This document shows positions 1-14,026 of a stretch of 64,000 nt of DNA, piece by piece; positions within the stretch are counted from its first letter, which is position 1; the number at the start of each line of letters is the position of its first letter. The position numbers were made by a program, and so were the translations under genes. The stretch is from Azolla caroliniana (lineage: Eukaryota; Plantae; Polypodiophyta), in NCBI GenBank assembly GCA_043228905.1, contig JBHGNT010000015.1, forward strand, positions 14,694,001-14,758,000. The letters are read 5' to 3'. The notes beneath the pieces are model-generated. The model was not told the DNA's origin. It did not search any database and saw only the letters and a program-made list of their open reading frames with translations.

Positions 1-464
1 TAGGTTGTGATTGGTCCCTCAAGCGTCGCGTTGTGATTGATTTCGATGCCCATAAACTTCTTGTCCCACATGCTCCCCCTATCCCCCACCTTAGCCAAGT
101 CCAGGTGGCCCTTAGTCCACATGAGCAATTGGTCTCCATCCGCCAATTATTAGCTCATTTTCCATCACTAACCCTCCAACCCACGCATGCTCCTACTGTC
201 TCTTTCCCGATACAACATGTCATTCGTACTGCGGAAGCCACTCCGATCTGCATGGCTATCCGTCGACGTTCCCCCCTCGACCACAATCATATCGATGTTG
301 CCATCATCAACATGCTCACCAATGGTCTTATCATTCCTTCCAGCAGCGATTGTCATGAAGAGAACATTTTGGCTTATCAAGAATCGAACCCACGACTTCT
401 TGGTCTATGTGGTGAACCCTTAACAATTGTAATAACATATATGTTGTGTGATTAATAAATGTTG

Positions 465-1594
465 TCTTCATGGCAGGCACCTCCCTTCATTTCATAGACT
501 TAATGACTCATTACAATATTCTAGATCGGATAGGCGTCAATTAGGGGTTAATTGATCTTGGCTAGACAGGATATATGTAGATGATTATTCTAGTGATATT
601 GGAGGAGAAGTTGGGATTATTGGGGGTTCTCTATTTTCTGACCATGCTCCGGTGCTTTTGAAGTTGGTTAGGATTTTAAAAAATAGAAAGTTTTCTACTA
701 AAATTCCTATATCCTTCTTTTCGAATGATATTTTTAGAAGTCAAGTGTTGGGTATATGGAATTATGAGATGGGGGCACAACTATCTAATGTTGCTAAGGT
801 GCAAAAGGCTTTGTATTTAATTGCTGAAATTTTTAAGGATAAAGCGTTGTTGCAATTACAAGAGGCCAAACAAAAGATGCTAGCTTCTAGGCGGACGATT
901 GTTGCTCTTCAAAAACTTCAGGAGAAGAACCCATGGCTTTGTGGGTTGGAGCTGAATTGCATTGAACACGTGCTGAGATGCAACAAATTGAGGATGTTAT
1001 AGCTCAACACAAATTTCGTGCATCCTTAGCGAAATGGTCTCATCTTGCAGATAAGGTTAATGCTGATTTTTTCGTGTAAATAAAATTGGCCGTACTAAGA
1101 ATGTAATGAGGCAATTAGAGAGGGAGGATGGATCATTAACATCGGAGGATGTTGAAATGAGGAGAATTGCCTCGGACTTTTATAAATCCTTGCTAACTAG
1201 GCAGTCATTTACACATGAGCAATCGGCCTTAAGATCTACATTATGGTGTGTTATGAAGAAAAAAGTTAATTTTTCTATGGCTAATGAATTAGTCAAACCT
1301 TTTAATGTTCATGAGGTGTATGCTACAATTACGGCCTTAGGTAAGAATGTATGTCCTAGCATCGATGGTTTTGCTCTTGAATTTTTTCTTTGCTATTGAG
1401 ATCACATTGGAATCAATGTAACGGAAGTGTTACAAGAGGTTTTTACTTTGGGTGATATGCCTTATCAATGAAATGCAAGGTAAATTTTTTTGATTCCTAA
1501 ATTAGAGGGGGTAGTAGTTGACATTAAGAAGTGGTAGTCGTTAACTATTCTAAATACTATCTACAAGATCTATGCTAAAGTCCTTGCTTTATGT
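465..1594 (+). mobile_element. L1/Tx1-type LINE ORF2, 5' part (endonuclease C-terminus and RT N-terminus), pseudogenised; continues at 6899
   Basis: Translations SWLDRIYV and FSDHAPV (APE endonuclease C-terminal motifs, about 557-655), CPSIDGF (RT domain 0) and LTILNTIYKIYAKVLAL ending at 1594; contains stops and frameshifts. Confidence 0.85.
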
Positions 1595-2212
1595 TGTCGT
1601 GAAGATTTTCGGCAACGGTGTGAAATTTGCATGAAATGTACAAAATCAAGTGTGGTTCTTCACACACAATATGAAACAATAATAGTGAAGATACTACTTT
1701 ATACTAGTTTAATATCTTGGTACAAAAAGATGGAGGTCCTCAAGAGCTTCCGAATGTACTTTACTACATTTGAAACGGACAACTAAATGTCAAGTTATGT
1801 GAATGTGAAGTTTGAGAAGAAGAAAACAAAAACAAAAACGGTGAGATATCCCACATATATAGGACAAATCAGGATCCCACAGTATATAACCAGAGCCAGA
1901 ACTTATTATTTTTTGTCTATGAGTGGAGCATAGAATGTTCTTGGGCTAAACTGTGTCTTAACTACTCATAATGGTTTTGGAGGAACCGGAACCAACGACG
2001 GAGCTAGAACCAACACCGGCACCGGATGACAACGGAGTCGGAACCGAAATGGATGGACGACGACGAAACCGAAACCGACATCGGAATCGGAATCGGAACG
2101 GATAGACCGGATCGGAAGCGGACCAGATATACGAATTGATCGGATAGGTTGATCGCGACAATTTCGTGTGAAACGAACAAAATCATCTACCTATTAAAAA
2201 TTTGTAATCAAA

Positions 2213-2285
2213 GGGATGCAACCAAGGCTTGAACCTTGCACCTCCAAGATAGGAGGCAATAAACTTACCACTAAGCCAAGTCATG
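2213..2285 (-). promoter_or_regulatory. tRNA-like A-box/B-box (Pol III type-2 promoter-like) inside element A
   Basis: Minus strand reads TGGCTTAGTGGTAAG ... GGAGGTGCAAGGTTCAAGCCTTGG, with a CAAGG/CCTTG T-arm-like hairpin. Confidence 0.6.
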
Positions 2286-2854
2286 TCTTTAGAAATATTT
2301 TTACTATGATTATAGTTTCACATGTAAACTTTCATGTTAGAGCTCGATTGAGTGACATGGTTATCATGCATCACATGTAATACATGAGTGCCATGTGGCA
2401 AACATGCATCTCATGCATGTCTTGCACCCTCATAAGCATCATATGCATGGGGGCATCTACAAAAGAATGGATGGAGAGGGAAAACGGGCTAGGTATTAAT
2501 CAAGCAAGTTTTGTACTTTATATCAAAATTAATATTAAGAAGAAAATTCGTTATCCTTTTGATGATATATCTTGTTCTTCAAATCTAAAGTCAAGAGTTC
2601 AATCTTAATCTCTCTTTCTATTTCAATAGTTCTGAATCTATTTCAAAATTGGAATCTTAATCTCAATATCTCTCTCTTAGTGGTAGTAACTTACAATATC
2701 GCAACTTAGTGGTAGTATTACCGCAGTACAAGCTCGTAAAGAAATGCGCAAGATGACACGTCGTAAGAGACAAGCATGGGAGACATCCCAATATTGGGAA
2801 CTCTACCATATGCTCATGAGTAGCGATTGTGCCACTGCATGGAAGAGATTACAG

Positions 2855-3599
2855 TGTCATGCCTTTCAGCTTCGGATCGTTGCGTGAGTCAGGTGGGAAC
2901 CACCGGGGTTTTGGACTAGGAGGAGGAAGAATTTGAGGCTAATCTAGTTATGAATATGAATATGTTGTAAGAAAGAGTTATAGCAAACTCGTGAATCCCA
3001 CAAGTGTATTGTATTAGATTAATCAATATGAATATAAGAATATAAATTTGGGTTGAAAGAGAATGATATATAATCCTCGTGAATCCCACGAGTATAGTTT
3101 ATTAATTGGTGTTTTTTAGAAACATATCCAGTTTCCAAATATTTTTCACACCCCTATTACATTGAGCTCCCCATCCTTATATGGTGATGAGAGAGTCTTA
3201 GCAATCCATGCTTTTTCTTCTCTAACTATAGACTCCATGCTTTTCCTATAGATAGACTATATGCTTTATCTAAAGTGATCATGCTTTTTCTAACTTGTGC
3301 ATTTTTTATCAACTATAGCGTTCATGCATGCTAGATGTGCATGTATAGCTTTTTCTTTTAGCATGCGTTTTCTTTTAACTAAAGTTTATCCTAGGTGAAC
3401 TAACCTTTCTATGTGGAACATCTATTTTTTAACACTAATGAAATGCTAGTGCAATGGTAAGACATTACATTATTAACATGGAGGTGCAAGGTTCGAATCT
3501 TGCCCTATGCATGTTATATATATTTTGTATTATTTATTCATATTTATTAAATTGATACTTTATAAGTTTTTCACGTAGTGTACGAAATACACTACGACA
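2855..3599 (-). mobile_element. Solo-LTR-like element B (745 bp), same family as element C (51562-52376)
   Basis: Termini TGTCATG...CTACGACA; flanks ACAG (2851-2854) and ACGG (3600-3603); removal restores the LINE frame AWKRLREPRPQ; colinear similarity to 51562-52376; TATA-like box on the minus strand near 3180. Confidence 0.85.
3445..3510 (+). promoter_or_regulatory. tRNA-like A/B-box inside element B
   Basis: TAGTGCAATGGTAAG ... GGAGGTGCAAGGTTCGAATCTTGC. Confidence 0.6.
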
Positions 3600-6276
3600 A
3601 CGGGAACCAAGACCACAAACACCCATTGAAGATCCTAAAACTTGGCACACTTATACAAAGAGACTTTACCAAATCCCAAACCAACCACCCATTCCAATGC
3701 CTTCTACACCCTGACCTACTATGGGGACACTCTTCACGACCTCTAAGGTCACGAAGGTCATAAAGAAATTACAACATAGGAAGTCCATGGACCACACAGG
3801 ATTGTGAGCAGAACACATCATATATGCAAGAGAGTGCCTAGCTCCCTTGCTAACTCTAATCTTCAATCGCGCCCTCGTAGAGGGTTTTCCACCACAATGG
3901 ACCATGAACACAGTGGCCCCCATACATAAAGGGGGGGACCCCATGAACCCAAATACTTATAGGACCATTATGATAGGTCATACCCTTGCTAAATTATATG
4001 GTGTAGTAATGGAGGCAGAGCTTAGAAATTATATGGAGCCTTCTCCATATAATGGAGGCAGACCTTAAATCTTCGTGCACCTGAACAGGCTAGCTTTAGA
4101 CGAGCCTTCTCCACTATAGATCATATCTTCACACTTAGATGCTTAATTGACCAAACTAAGGCTTGCAAGAAGAAATTATATTGTTATTTTGTGGACTTCC
4201 GCAAAGCCTTTGACACGGTCCCTAGAGAGCGGTTGTTTGATAGGCTTAAGAGCTTGAGGATATCAAATGACATGGTTTGGGCCATCTACGCACTATATGA
4301 ACAAGTGTCTGGGTGTGTTCGATGCCCAGGTGGCCTATCCAATTGTTTCACTAGCACTATTGGTGTAAAACAAGGTTGCTCCCTATTTCCAACTCTTTTT
4401 GGGATCTACATTGATGAGATCACAAATTTTATTGTTCATAAGGGAGGCAATGGAGTAGTCCTTGGGGATACGCAAGTGCGTATCTTGCTCTATGCAGACG
4501 ATATAGTTTTGCTCTCTGAATCCGAACACGGCCTACAAAGGCACCTTAATGCCTTAGATGACTTTTGCGCACAACGAGGATTGGTAGTGAATCTAGGGAA
4601 AACTAAAGTCCTTATCTTCCACACGTCGGCCCAAGTTCAAGCTAAGTGTCACCTAACTATCTCCCATAGCCCAGTTAAGGTGGTTGGATCATATGTCTAT
4701 CTCGGAGTCATTTTCAGTGCCCGCTCAGGTAAATTTTCGATGACACAAGCAACGAAGGATAGACTTACAAGAGGACATGCATCCCTCCCACTCCTCGAGA
4801 GACAATGCCACCAAGCATACTTCCAAGAGCCATGAACTAAAGGGTGGCTCTTTGACTCATTAGTGACTCTCTCTCTCTCTCTCATGTATGCATCAACGGT
4901 TTGGGCTCCAGGACTACCATCTTTCATGTGGACGCAATTAGAGAGACCATTGGTAATGATGTTATTATGCCAACTCCGAAGCAAATCGTCGGTCCCACAT
5001 GACATTATTAGGGTTGAGTTCACTCTACCCCCTATGTTAGTAGAAGCCCTTTTTCAACTTGTAGTCTTTATCCACAGGATACATAACCAACCACTTGATA
5101 GAATATCCCATCAAGCCTTTAAGGCTTCTCGAGCATTATATGAGTCCAACTATACTAGCTCATGGTATGGCATGATGGTGAGTTGGCTTCTTGCCAACGG
5201 TCTAGACATTAATAACCTCCCCCCCCTTAAGTACGACCACACGAATGATAACACTTTAATCTCTCATGAGGACCGTAATAAAGTGATACGCCAAGAAATA
5301 TGGAAAGTTTATACTCGGTACATATGGATCACCCCACTAGAGCCACTCCTATCTAAAATGTAGTACTATAAGGAACACTTTATGCACTTCTCTAAGTTAG
5401 GTTTTATCACACGACCAAGATATCTAGATGTATTCTTACCACATGCACTAAGGGTTGCCATTGGTCAACTTAGAATATCATCTCACCAACTTGAGATTGA
5501 GAATGGACGTACTAATGGAGACCCTAGGGAGGAAAGGATATGTAGGTTATGCCACATAGAGATAGAGGATGAGTACCATTTTACATGCAAATGCCCCACC
5601 TATGCCGAGATAAGGGCAAAATACCAAGACATACTTGGTTCCTCTCCCACCCTCCCTAAACTATTAGATACACTAGATATAAAGAAATTAGGTAGATACA
5701 TCTTAGAATTGAAACAACACAGAGAGAATAAGTTACAAAACGTTGATAATAATGTTGCTAATGTTTACCAACATGTAACAAATGAAGTTTTTCAGGAACT
5801 GGGGGAGACAATGAATGTCGACACACCTGCACCACTCGAGCTTTTCCTTGATGAAGCATCAAAGCAACTCGACGAGATGTAGAAGCAATAAAGAAAATAA
5901 GGGAACGTGAACTACACCACCTAGAAGCCATGGCTAGGGCACTCTATGCATCGGGACCATGGGTCACACCCACACCAAAAACTTTTGACCTCCCACTTCT
6001 TTTTGAGAGACTTGGGTGGAAATGAGATTAGGCTTAGTGCAAAGTTTTGTACACTACTAGAACTCTCTTAGCTTAAGCTATTTTCTTTTATTTTAGTTTT
6101 GAGGATTGGATAAACACTCATTTTTGTTGTAAACCAATTGTCTCATGGGCCAAATTTGGCCTTAGAAGATGTTAATATATCTTTCTTTCTTTCTTTCTCA
6201 ATCTATCTTAAATCCTTTCTCGTTAAAGCTAGTGCGTACTTCGAGTCCTTCCGGTCCAGAACGTCGGCGGTTCCAC

Positions 6277-6854
6277 TATCATGATGATTTTCGGCTACGG
6301 TGTGAAACCGAGTGAGACAAATAAACCAAGGATGTGCAACATTGCACATGCACTTAGCAAATAAGCCCAAGGCTTAGTGGCACTTGAGTTCATACAAAGG
6401 GGTGCAATCAAGGTTTGAACCTTGCACCTTTAAGATACAAGATGTTTGCCTTACCACTAGGACAACTATCATATAGTGTAAATTTTATGTATTTCCTTTT
6501 CATATACGAATTATAGACAAAATAAACATAGAAAACCATGTGAACAAAACCATGGTTCTAAACCCATGGTTTTGTGCATGAAGAGAGCTATAAAAACCCT
6601 AGTGGAGCTTGTGTAAAGGGGGGCTCAATATGTGATATCACCAACACCATTATCATCAATATAATTATATTCGTCTTTATCTTCTTCATATTTTTCTACT
6701 TCTCAAGTGTACAATCTTTCTTCTTCTCAAGTGAACAAATTTCATCCAATCTTACATTGATCGTCATCTCTTCGATAATTCCGCGAACGTCCTCCCTAGT
6801 CCAAGACCCCGGTGGTCGCTTGAGTAGCACACGCACGCGTGAATCTTCACGACA
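6277..6854 (+). mobile_element. Solo-LTR-like element D (578 bp), nested 40 bp from the right end of element A
   Basis: Left end TATCATGATGATTTTCGGCTACGGTGTGAAA is a decayed copy of A's left end; right end ATCTTCACGACA; flanks CCAC (6273-6276) and CCGC (6855-6858); TATAAAA at about 6589; minus-strand tRNA-like motif at 6399-6467. Confidence 0.8.
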
Positions 6855-6898
6855 CCGCCTCACAATCCGCACATAGTGACGGATCTTCACGACAATGT

Positions 6899-9647
6899 AT
6901 GCAACCTTTACTAAATGATATATTATTCATAAATCACAAACGGGTTTTATGCAAGAGCGTTCTATTTTTTATAATTGTTTCATGTTCTGGGAACTTACAA
7001 CTTTGGCAAAAGAGAATGATGTTGACCTAGTGGTGCTATTATTGGACTTTGAAAAGGCATACGATAGAGTTGATTGGTCTTTCCTCGAGGAAGTTATGTT
7101 ACAACTAGGATTTCCAATGGCTTGGGTAATTGCGGTAAGAGCCTTGTATAAGAATGTGTCTAGTTCTGTATATGTGGCGGGAGAAGTTGATGCTCCCTTC
7201 TCTATTTCAAGGTCGGTAAGGCAAGGATGCCCATTGGCCCCTTTCCTATGCTTATTAATAGCTGAGGCTTTTCATGTGTATTTTAATAATCATGCCTTAA
7301 GGATAAAAGGATTGCAATGGGGAGTCGATAATAAGCAAGTGCTTGATAATGAATTTGTTGATGATACAACTTTATATGTGGATGGGGAGGAACAGAATTT
7401 GCGTAATGTTCAATGTGTGATACAAGAATTTTGTGAGCTATCAGGAGTTATTATAAATTGGAATAAATCCATTGGAATAAGAATGAAGAATAATAGAGTT
7501 TCACATTGGTTGCCGCATCCGGATTTTCAATGGCTTCAACATGGGAGGTCAATACGATATCTTGGTTGTCAAATTGGTGTTGATATTACTCATGATCAAC
7601 TTATTGCCCCCTTATTGATGTCATTGAAGAGGAAATTGTTGTTTTGGTCTTCAAGACATCTATCGTTGGCTGGAAGAATTGTAATTGCTAATCAAGTGCT
7701 TCTGTCTTCGATGTGGTATATCCTCTCATCTTGGTTGTTTTCAAGATCAGTTCTCTCTCAGATACAAAGCCTTGTCCGCAAATTCTTATGGGGTGCATCT
7801 GATGCAAATACAAGATCTAAAGTTGCATGGAAGGTAATAATATCTCCTCCTCATGAGGGAGGATTAGGGTTGATAGACCCAATGTTTCAATGTAGAGCAT
7901 TACTTGGAAAATTTGTTGTGAGAAGTATGTTGTTAGGGAATGAGCCATGGAAATTGTTACTTCATGAACTTATGAAGGAATTGGTTCCATGTAGAGGTGG
8001 ACATTGGAAGAGAAATGTGAGGTGGTGGTTTGTGCATGAGGATATGCCTTTGACTTCTATTTTTACTTCGGATAAATTTTTTAACTCTTTGTTAAGAGCT
8101 TGGAAATGTTTGTTGCCTAATCTTGTGCATAAACATCCTATATGGGAGGACGAGTGGAAAAGGAAACCAATTTGTTGGAACCCCTTGATTAAGGATGATT
8201 ATGGTAATATGTTAGGAAGAAGGACAAGATTAAATTGGGCAGCGGTTGATGAGGCCTTTACGGCTAATCTTGGTACTTGGTTAAACTTTAATCAATCCTC
8301 TAGGGATGTTAAGGAACAAGTTTTGAAATCAATAAGAGGTGGTACTTTAATGTTCCAAGAGATAAGTTATGCTTGTAATAGGATTTTGCCCTCTTCTTTT
8401 AATTCAAACCATGTATGGTACGAGGCATTCTCTTCTTTTAATGTCTTGATTGGAGTAAGAGCTTATACATCTAATGAATCCTTCTTAGCATATATAATAG
8501 TTTCAGAGGGTAAATTGCAATGGGTCTCTATGGAGGATGACCTTCTCAATTTAGTGGAGTGGAAACCTATTAGGGTGGTTGCAAAAATAGGGAAGGTATG
8601 TATTATTGATCCCCATCCTAAAAAAGTAAACCCTTTTTGGGATATTTGGGTTTGTGATAGTAAACTCTTATTGGAGTTAGAGTGGGATCCAACGGAATAG
8701 TGGTGGAGAGATGTTAATGGTAAGATGGTTTCTTTCTTTGAATAATCTGTAAAATTAGGTAGGGAATTCCAACGACGGAGGACTCTAGTTATGTCAGTTG
8801 CATCTAAGGTATGGTTAAATAATAATATGCCTATGCATTCAGTATTGGCATTTTGGAAATGGTTGTGAGCTCTACAAATTCCTCGCAAAATCATTACATT
8901 TAGATGGTTGTGTGTCCACTATGCACTTCCAGTCCTAGAATGGATGCATAGGGAAGAGGGAACCAAAACTTGCTCTTTTTGTGGGCTTCACTTGGAATCA
9001 ATGCAACATGCCTTATGGAACTGTATGGTTGCATGTTCTGTTTGGAAACGTATGTTGCGTCTCATTGATGTTGCATATGGACCTAATGTGATTGCATGGG
9101 GAAATGTCTTTTGGATGGACGTAAATGTGGATAAACATAATTATGAAAGGGAAAAGATATTGTTTACCCTTCAAACTAGGGGAAGGCAAGTTAAGGACAT
9201 ACCATACTCAAGCCCAAATCGGTTGAATGGGCTACGATATCATCTATGGTTCTATGGAATATTTGGATAGGTCAATGCCAAAATGTGTTTTAGCAAATAA
9301 AGCAAAATCATGTTCATTGTGTGAAGGAAATTTGGCCGATGCTTATCTCAATTCTAAAAGGTCAATATAACTCTTTCACAAGTAATGAAGATATGATTTT
9401 TCTGAAACAACAATCCTTTAAAGGCAAATGGAAGGATTTGTTAGTTTTTGTGGAGAGAAATGACAAAATGGAATGGCAATACGTACCCCCGCGATGGTTG
9501 TTCCCTCCATAGGTGGAGGTTGGTTCTAATTAGGACATAATGGGGGATATCTTACCCCCCACTAAATTGTATCATTATAGGCTTGTATTTGCTTATTGCA
9601 TTGGTAATAGAAACTATGGTGTAGTTTTAAAAAAATAAAATAAAAAT
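6899..9647 (+). mobile_element. L1/Tx1-type LINE ORF2, 3' part (RT, zf-RVT, A-rich tail)
   Basis: ORF 6949-8700 with LDFEKAYDRV, VRQGCPLAP, FVDDTT, IRYLG and GGLGL; CSFC...ESMQHALWNC zinc finger; A-rich tail at about 9628-9647. Confidence 0.9.
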
Positions 9648-12600
9648 GGTGTGGTTGTCAAAACATCTTCTAGAATCTAATGATTGCACTACCTCTCTCA
9701 CTCATACAAATTTTTAACTCATTGAGAAAGTGTTCATTCATTGACAAAACCTTAACATTATGCTTAAATTAATCAAGGAATACAAATGAGCAATCTGGCA
9801 TTTTCTATTTGATAATGTATTGATAATACAAGTTCAAGCATAACCTTAATAAAGAGAGACTTTCGCTCTAGATCATAGAATGTGAAGAAGAGGAATGAGA
9901 TTATTCTACCTTTATATTTCTTGCATTGGTGATTATAAAATTAACGCATCAAAAACTCATTGAAAAAGAGTGTATTAATGTTACAATAGGTTCATACAAT
10001 GTTCGACAATCACATGAAATTCCATCAAACAATAAACTTTAATGTCATTTTAAACTTTCTTCTTACAATACCTTATAAAACAATCATTGGTATGATGCGT
10101 CATATTGCGTTCATGTACTTTTTATCATAATAACATGACATGGTCCACCTTCGACTAGTATTTTACTATCATTTTCTCTTCCACCCTTATTTCCTTATCA
10201 AGTTCGGTTGTCTCTCTACCTTCACACTCTTTCCTTGAATATTGGATATCATCACTCATTTACATAAGCATATATTTAGGAATGTAAGCTCATATCTCAA
10301 ACTATTATGCTCTAATAAAACATTTCAAAGTGATTGCCATCAAATTTCATTGTTCCAATAGCATGTGATTAAGAGGAATTTTGTTACGGTAATTTTATTC
10401 AAATTAAATAATGTAAATGTAGGTATAGTAATAATATACGAATGCATCTACTTCCAAGTGAAGATTATTACCCATGTATTCAACAATAAAGCTATACTTG
10501 GCAAGCTAAATCCATTACATTAACAATGCAATCAAGTCATAAAATTAAGCTAAAGATAAAAATAAAATTAGAACGTTGATTATAAATCCCGTAATAATTT
10601 ATTATCACAGTTTCTGGTATGGGAATAAAATTCTTTTGAGCTCCCAAGATGACAATGTCCATGAAGTAACTTCATGTTCTTAGTTTAAGGCTTTCATCAA
10701 AGTATCATGGTCAACGTTTTAGATCTTATCCTATTATTTCCATCGACTAATAACAATGTATAACTATGGGAGGGATTTAAAAACCTTTTAAGGCAAAGTT
10801 CAAGAGTTTGTTTGTTGGATTTACGCAATACTTAGAAATGGTCTCATGATCTTTATCAATAGTGTGCTAAGTTGATGGGTTGGAGGTGTTGAGGCATGAA
10901 ACCGAATTATTTTTAATATCACATCCGACAATGAGAAAAAGAGTTGCATCATAATAAACTAGGATCAAGTATTTCATAGGAGAATGAAGCATCATAATAC
11001 CACAATGTAGAACCTCATCATTGGTATTGTTTGACTAATGACATTTGTGTGAATGTTTAAGAAATTGTTGGTGTGTTAAAAGAAATAATTAACTCCATAT
11101 AAGACTATAGAGACTATATCATTCATGGGAATAACAATTGACAACTTCACTTTGCTTCCTAATTCTAAACTATTTATGCATGACCCACTCATTCTACTTA
11201 CACAAGATGGGAGTATTTATTGACATTCCAAAAATGTGTTCGGCATGTGTTCAACATATTAGAATATTTGTTGTATTTAACCTTGTTTTTATTGTTTGAC
11301 ACCCATTATAATCTATTGTATCGCCTCATAAATTTCAAAAATATACAAATCATAGCCTAATATGGGGTCATCTCTATATGTACCTGCATTTATTATTTCG
11401 TATTCTTTTTGAAAAGGGAGGCGTTTGTCCTAGGGGAAGATTATGTCCCCAACTAGTTTTTGCTCCCTGACCACCATATCCTAATTAGCATAAGATGTAG
11501 TGCCTTATTAACATTACTGCATTTTGTAATATGCAAGTTATCATAAACACTTTGTTTAGTTTAAGTTGATATGGTGGGATCAAATGTAACATGTGTGTTT
11601 GGTATTTCACAAATGCTACTACAAAGCTCATTATGTTTAATGTGGTTTGTATCCATGGATATGCTTGTATATGCAAGACGCAAAACATGGAAACCAATTG
11701 TTTTACCATAGCTCCTCCAATATTATTGGTGAGACTTATGAAAACAAGTAGGACACTAAAATGTGAGAGTTTACATATGTTATGAAGTATTAACCTTTGC
11801 TTGTGCATAATCAAACCACTTCACAGAAGTTTGGAACAATGCCAATGGTATTTAAAGTACAAGAGTGTTTTTAAGTGCATTGCAAGCCAATCCATGGACT
11901 CATTCTCGAGACTTGTGAAAATATAGAATTCTTCATTATAGTCTTTCTTTACTTGAGGCTCCAACCCACATGGATGCCTTTTTGAAAATGACCAGTCCAA
12001 ATGTGCCATCTCATTGAGTTCTCCGAAGAGTCTCTCTTAATAGTACCATATTCATGGTAACAAGTGAAAACACCCACTTGGTGAGTACATCCTAACCAAC
12101 CATGTTGTCATCATCATCTACCTTGAAATCAAAGAAGACTAGCTCAAGTTCCTATGTCAATCCCATGTCCTCGAAAGGACATGTTTGTGGATTGTAGAGG
12201 AGCTTCCCAATACCAACTTAAACAAGATGGATTACACCAACAAAGTAGACAAATAAATGAATATTTGTGAAGGATGCACGATCATTCAAATGTTTCAATA
12301 ACCCAAGACCTAAATGACACTATCACACATTTCAATTCTATGATTTTAGGTAGGGAAACTCTTAAGGTTTTGGTAATTGGTCCCACTGACTTGTCAGATT
12401 TATGTAGTTTGATAATCAATGACAACAAGGAGAATGCTCTAGATAAAGTATTTTTGTTCCTATGTCTCATGTGACCCTAAAGAATGTTAAAATATTAAGA
12501 TCTAATGGTATTATAATGATAATGGGGAGAATGCTCTATAATGTTTTTAGCTTCCTATGGCTCATGTTTATGGGCCAGAATACTGAATCATTATAAGATC

Positions 12601-14026
12601 ATGATAATTGAGTAAGAGATGTGAAGAGTGTATTTTCTCTATTATATTAATATTTAATATAAGGTTTTATAAATTATTTATCACCCTCGATCACCACTAA
12701 GTCATAGGGGAACACTTAGGGTAGATTAACATAAGAAGGCAACTTAGATACCAAAATCATATATCCAATTTGTCGATGAACAAAGCATACATGTGTTTTA
12801 CCATCATGATTCTTTGCCCCTACCACCAACATCCCTTTATATACTTAGATTTGTACTTTATGCAAATGCATCCTTAGTATGTATCTATGCATTTGATAAA
12901 TTCACAAACTTTGAAATATCCATCTTGTCAAGTTGTCAGTAGTCCAATGTACATGTGTACATGATCATATAACATGTGTAGTGAGCTACGACTAAAATAC
13001 TAACACATTTGAGGGGTCATTATGTAGGCATGTTGTTGCATAGAGATGGCTAGATAGTGAGTGGAGAACCATCATGGGAACTAGGTGAAGCTAAAGGCCA
13101 ATTTCAACAATGTCCTTATACGTGGAGACTTGGAGTATGTAGAATATGCATCCATGTCCGTCCATCTATGTAGAAAGTATGTTCAATTTATCCTCCATGT
13201 ATCATAAAAAGGTTATTCACAAAAGCATACCATATAAGATAATGTTGGTTGTTGCTTATAACAACAGAGTGTTTGTGAATGTGATGGGACTATGTGCCTA
13301 AGAGATTCCCCGTGGAGATGAGTTTGTGTAAAGATTAGTCACAAACAACTTAGATTGGCAATTGCACCTTGGTCACGACAAAAAGAGTCTGTTTAGAATT
13401 ACTTAATTGAGCAAATTTATTGGCTACGAAACTCAAAAAATTTGAAACATTAGGCTAATGTTTCAAAATTTAATGATATTTTGGTAGGTTTTTTGAATTT
13501 TACATGTATTATGCTTAACTTATTATAAATTCAGTGAATATTTCAAAGTTGTTCTATATAAAAGATAGCAAAAGTTTTAAGTTTTGTTCAAAGTTAACTA
13601 TTGGGTAGTAAATAGTCATAAAGTTTTCCATGATCTTGGCTTCCTTACACTTAAATATATCATAAAGGTGCACAATAGAAACTAAATCTGTAAGGTATGG
13701 CATGATGCAATTGCATAAAGTCCTAGAACTACATACCTTATTTCAAAGATATTGACATTGTTCTAGAGAAACCTAGGCAGAAGTTCTTCAGATAATTTTG
13801 CATGCATCGGGTGCAACAAATTTAGTCTCATAGGTCTCTTTGACACATCTCACTATATGTAATTTATTATTACAATGTCTTTTCTTTTTTCTTCTAGTTA
13901 TTGGTTATTTAATCATATCTCTCACTTGTGTAACTTATTAGGTCAACTGTACGCTACTTTGGTCTTTAACTAGAGATGTTAAGATAACATATCATTTCAT
14001 TTTATATTTTTGCCTCACCCAATATT

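Larger units (their letters stand above)
2680..6197 (+). mobile_element. RTE-like LINE, 5'-truncated and degraded, interrupted by element B
   Basis: ORF fragments with PIHKGGDPMNPNTYRTI, DFRKAFDTV, GVKQGC, LLYADD, YVYLGV and the C-terminal CRLC...EDEYHFTCKC zinc finger; (TTTC)n tail at about 6180-6197. The 5' boundary is approximate. Confidence 0.85.
1595..6894 (+). mobile_element. LTR-like element A (TGTCGTGAAGAT...ATCTTCACGACA), about 1.2 kb net, itself hosting an RTE-like LINE and elements B and D
   Basis: Perfect 12-bp inverted termini at 1595-1606 and 6883-6894; 4-bp TSD ATGT at 1591-1594 and 6895-6898; removing it rejoins the LINE frame (KVLAL-x-MQPLL). Confidence 0.85.

Noticed and set aside
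1-424. Possible LTR end (...CCCTTAACA) interrupting the LINE, and the 140-aa ORF
   Set aside because: The other end lies outside the window, and no TSD or recognisable domain is visible.
3445-3510. Genuine tRNA genes at the four tRNA-like motifs
   Set aside because: No convincing acceptor or anticodon stems; all are embedded in repeats, so they are reported as promoter-like relics.
1595-6894. Ginger-type DNA transposon/MITE interpretation of elements A-D (TGT termini, 4-bp TSD)
   Set aside because: Inverted termini are very short, the elements are asymmetric with a TATA box, and similar termini bound the LTR of gypsy E. Solo LTR is preferred, although Ginger is not fully excluded.
9650-13900. 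Possible ancient TE or gene relics
   Set aside because: AT-rich with only short ORFs and no motif I can recognise.
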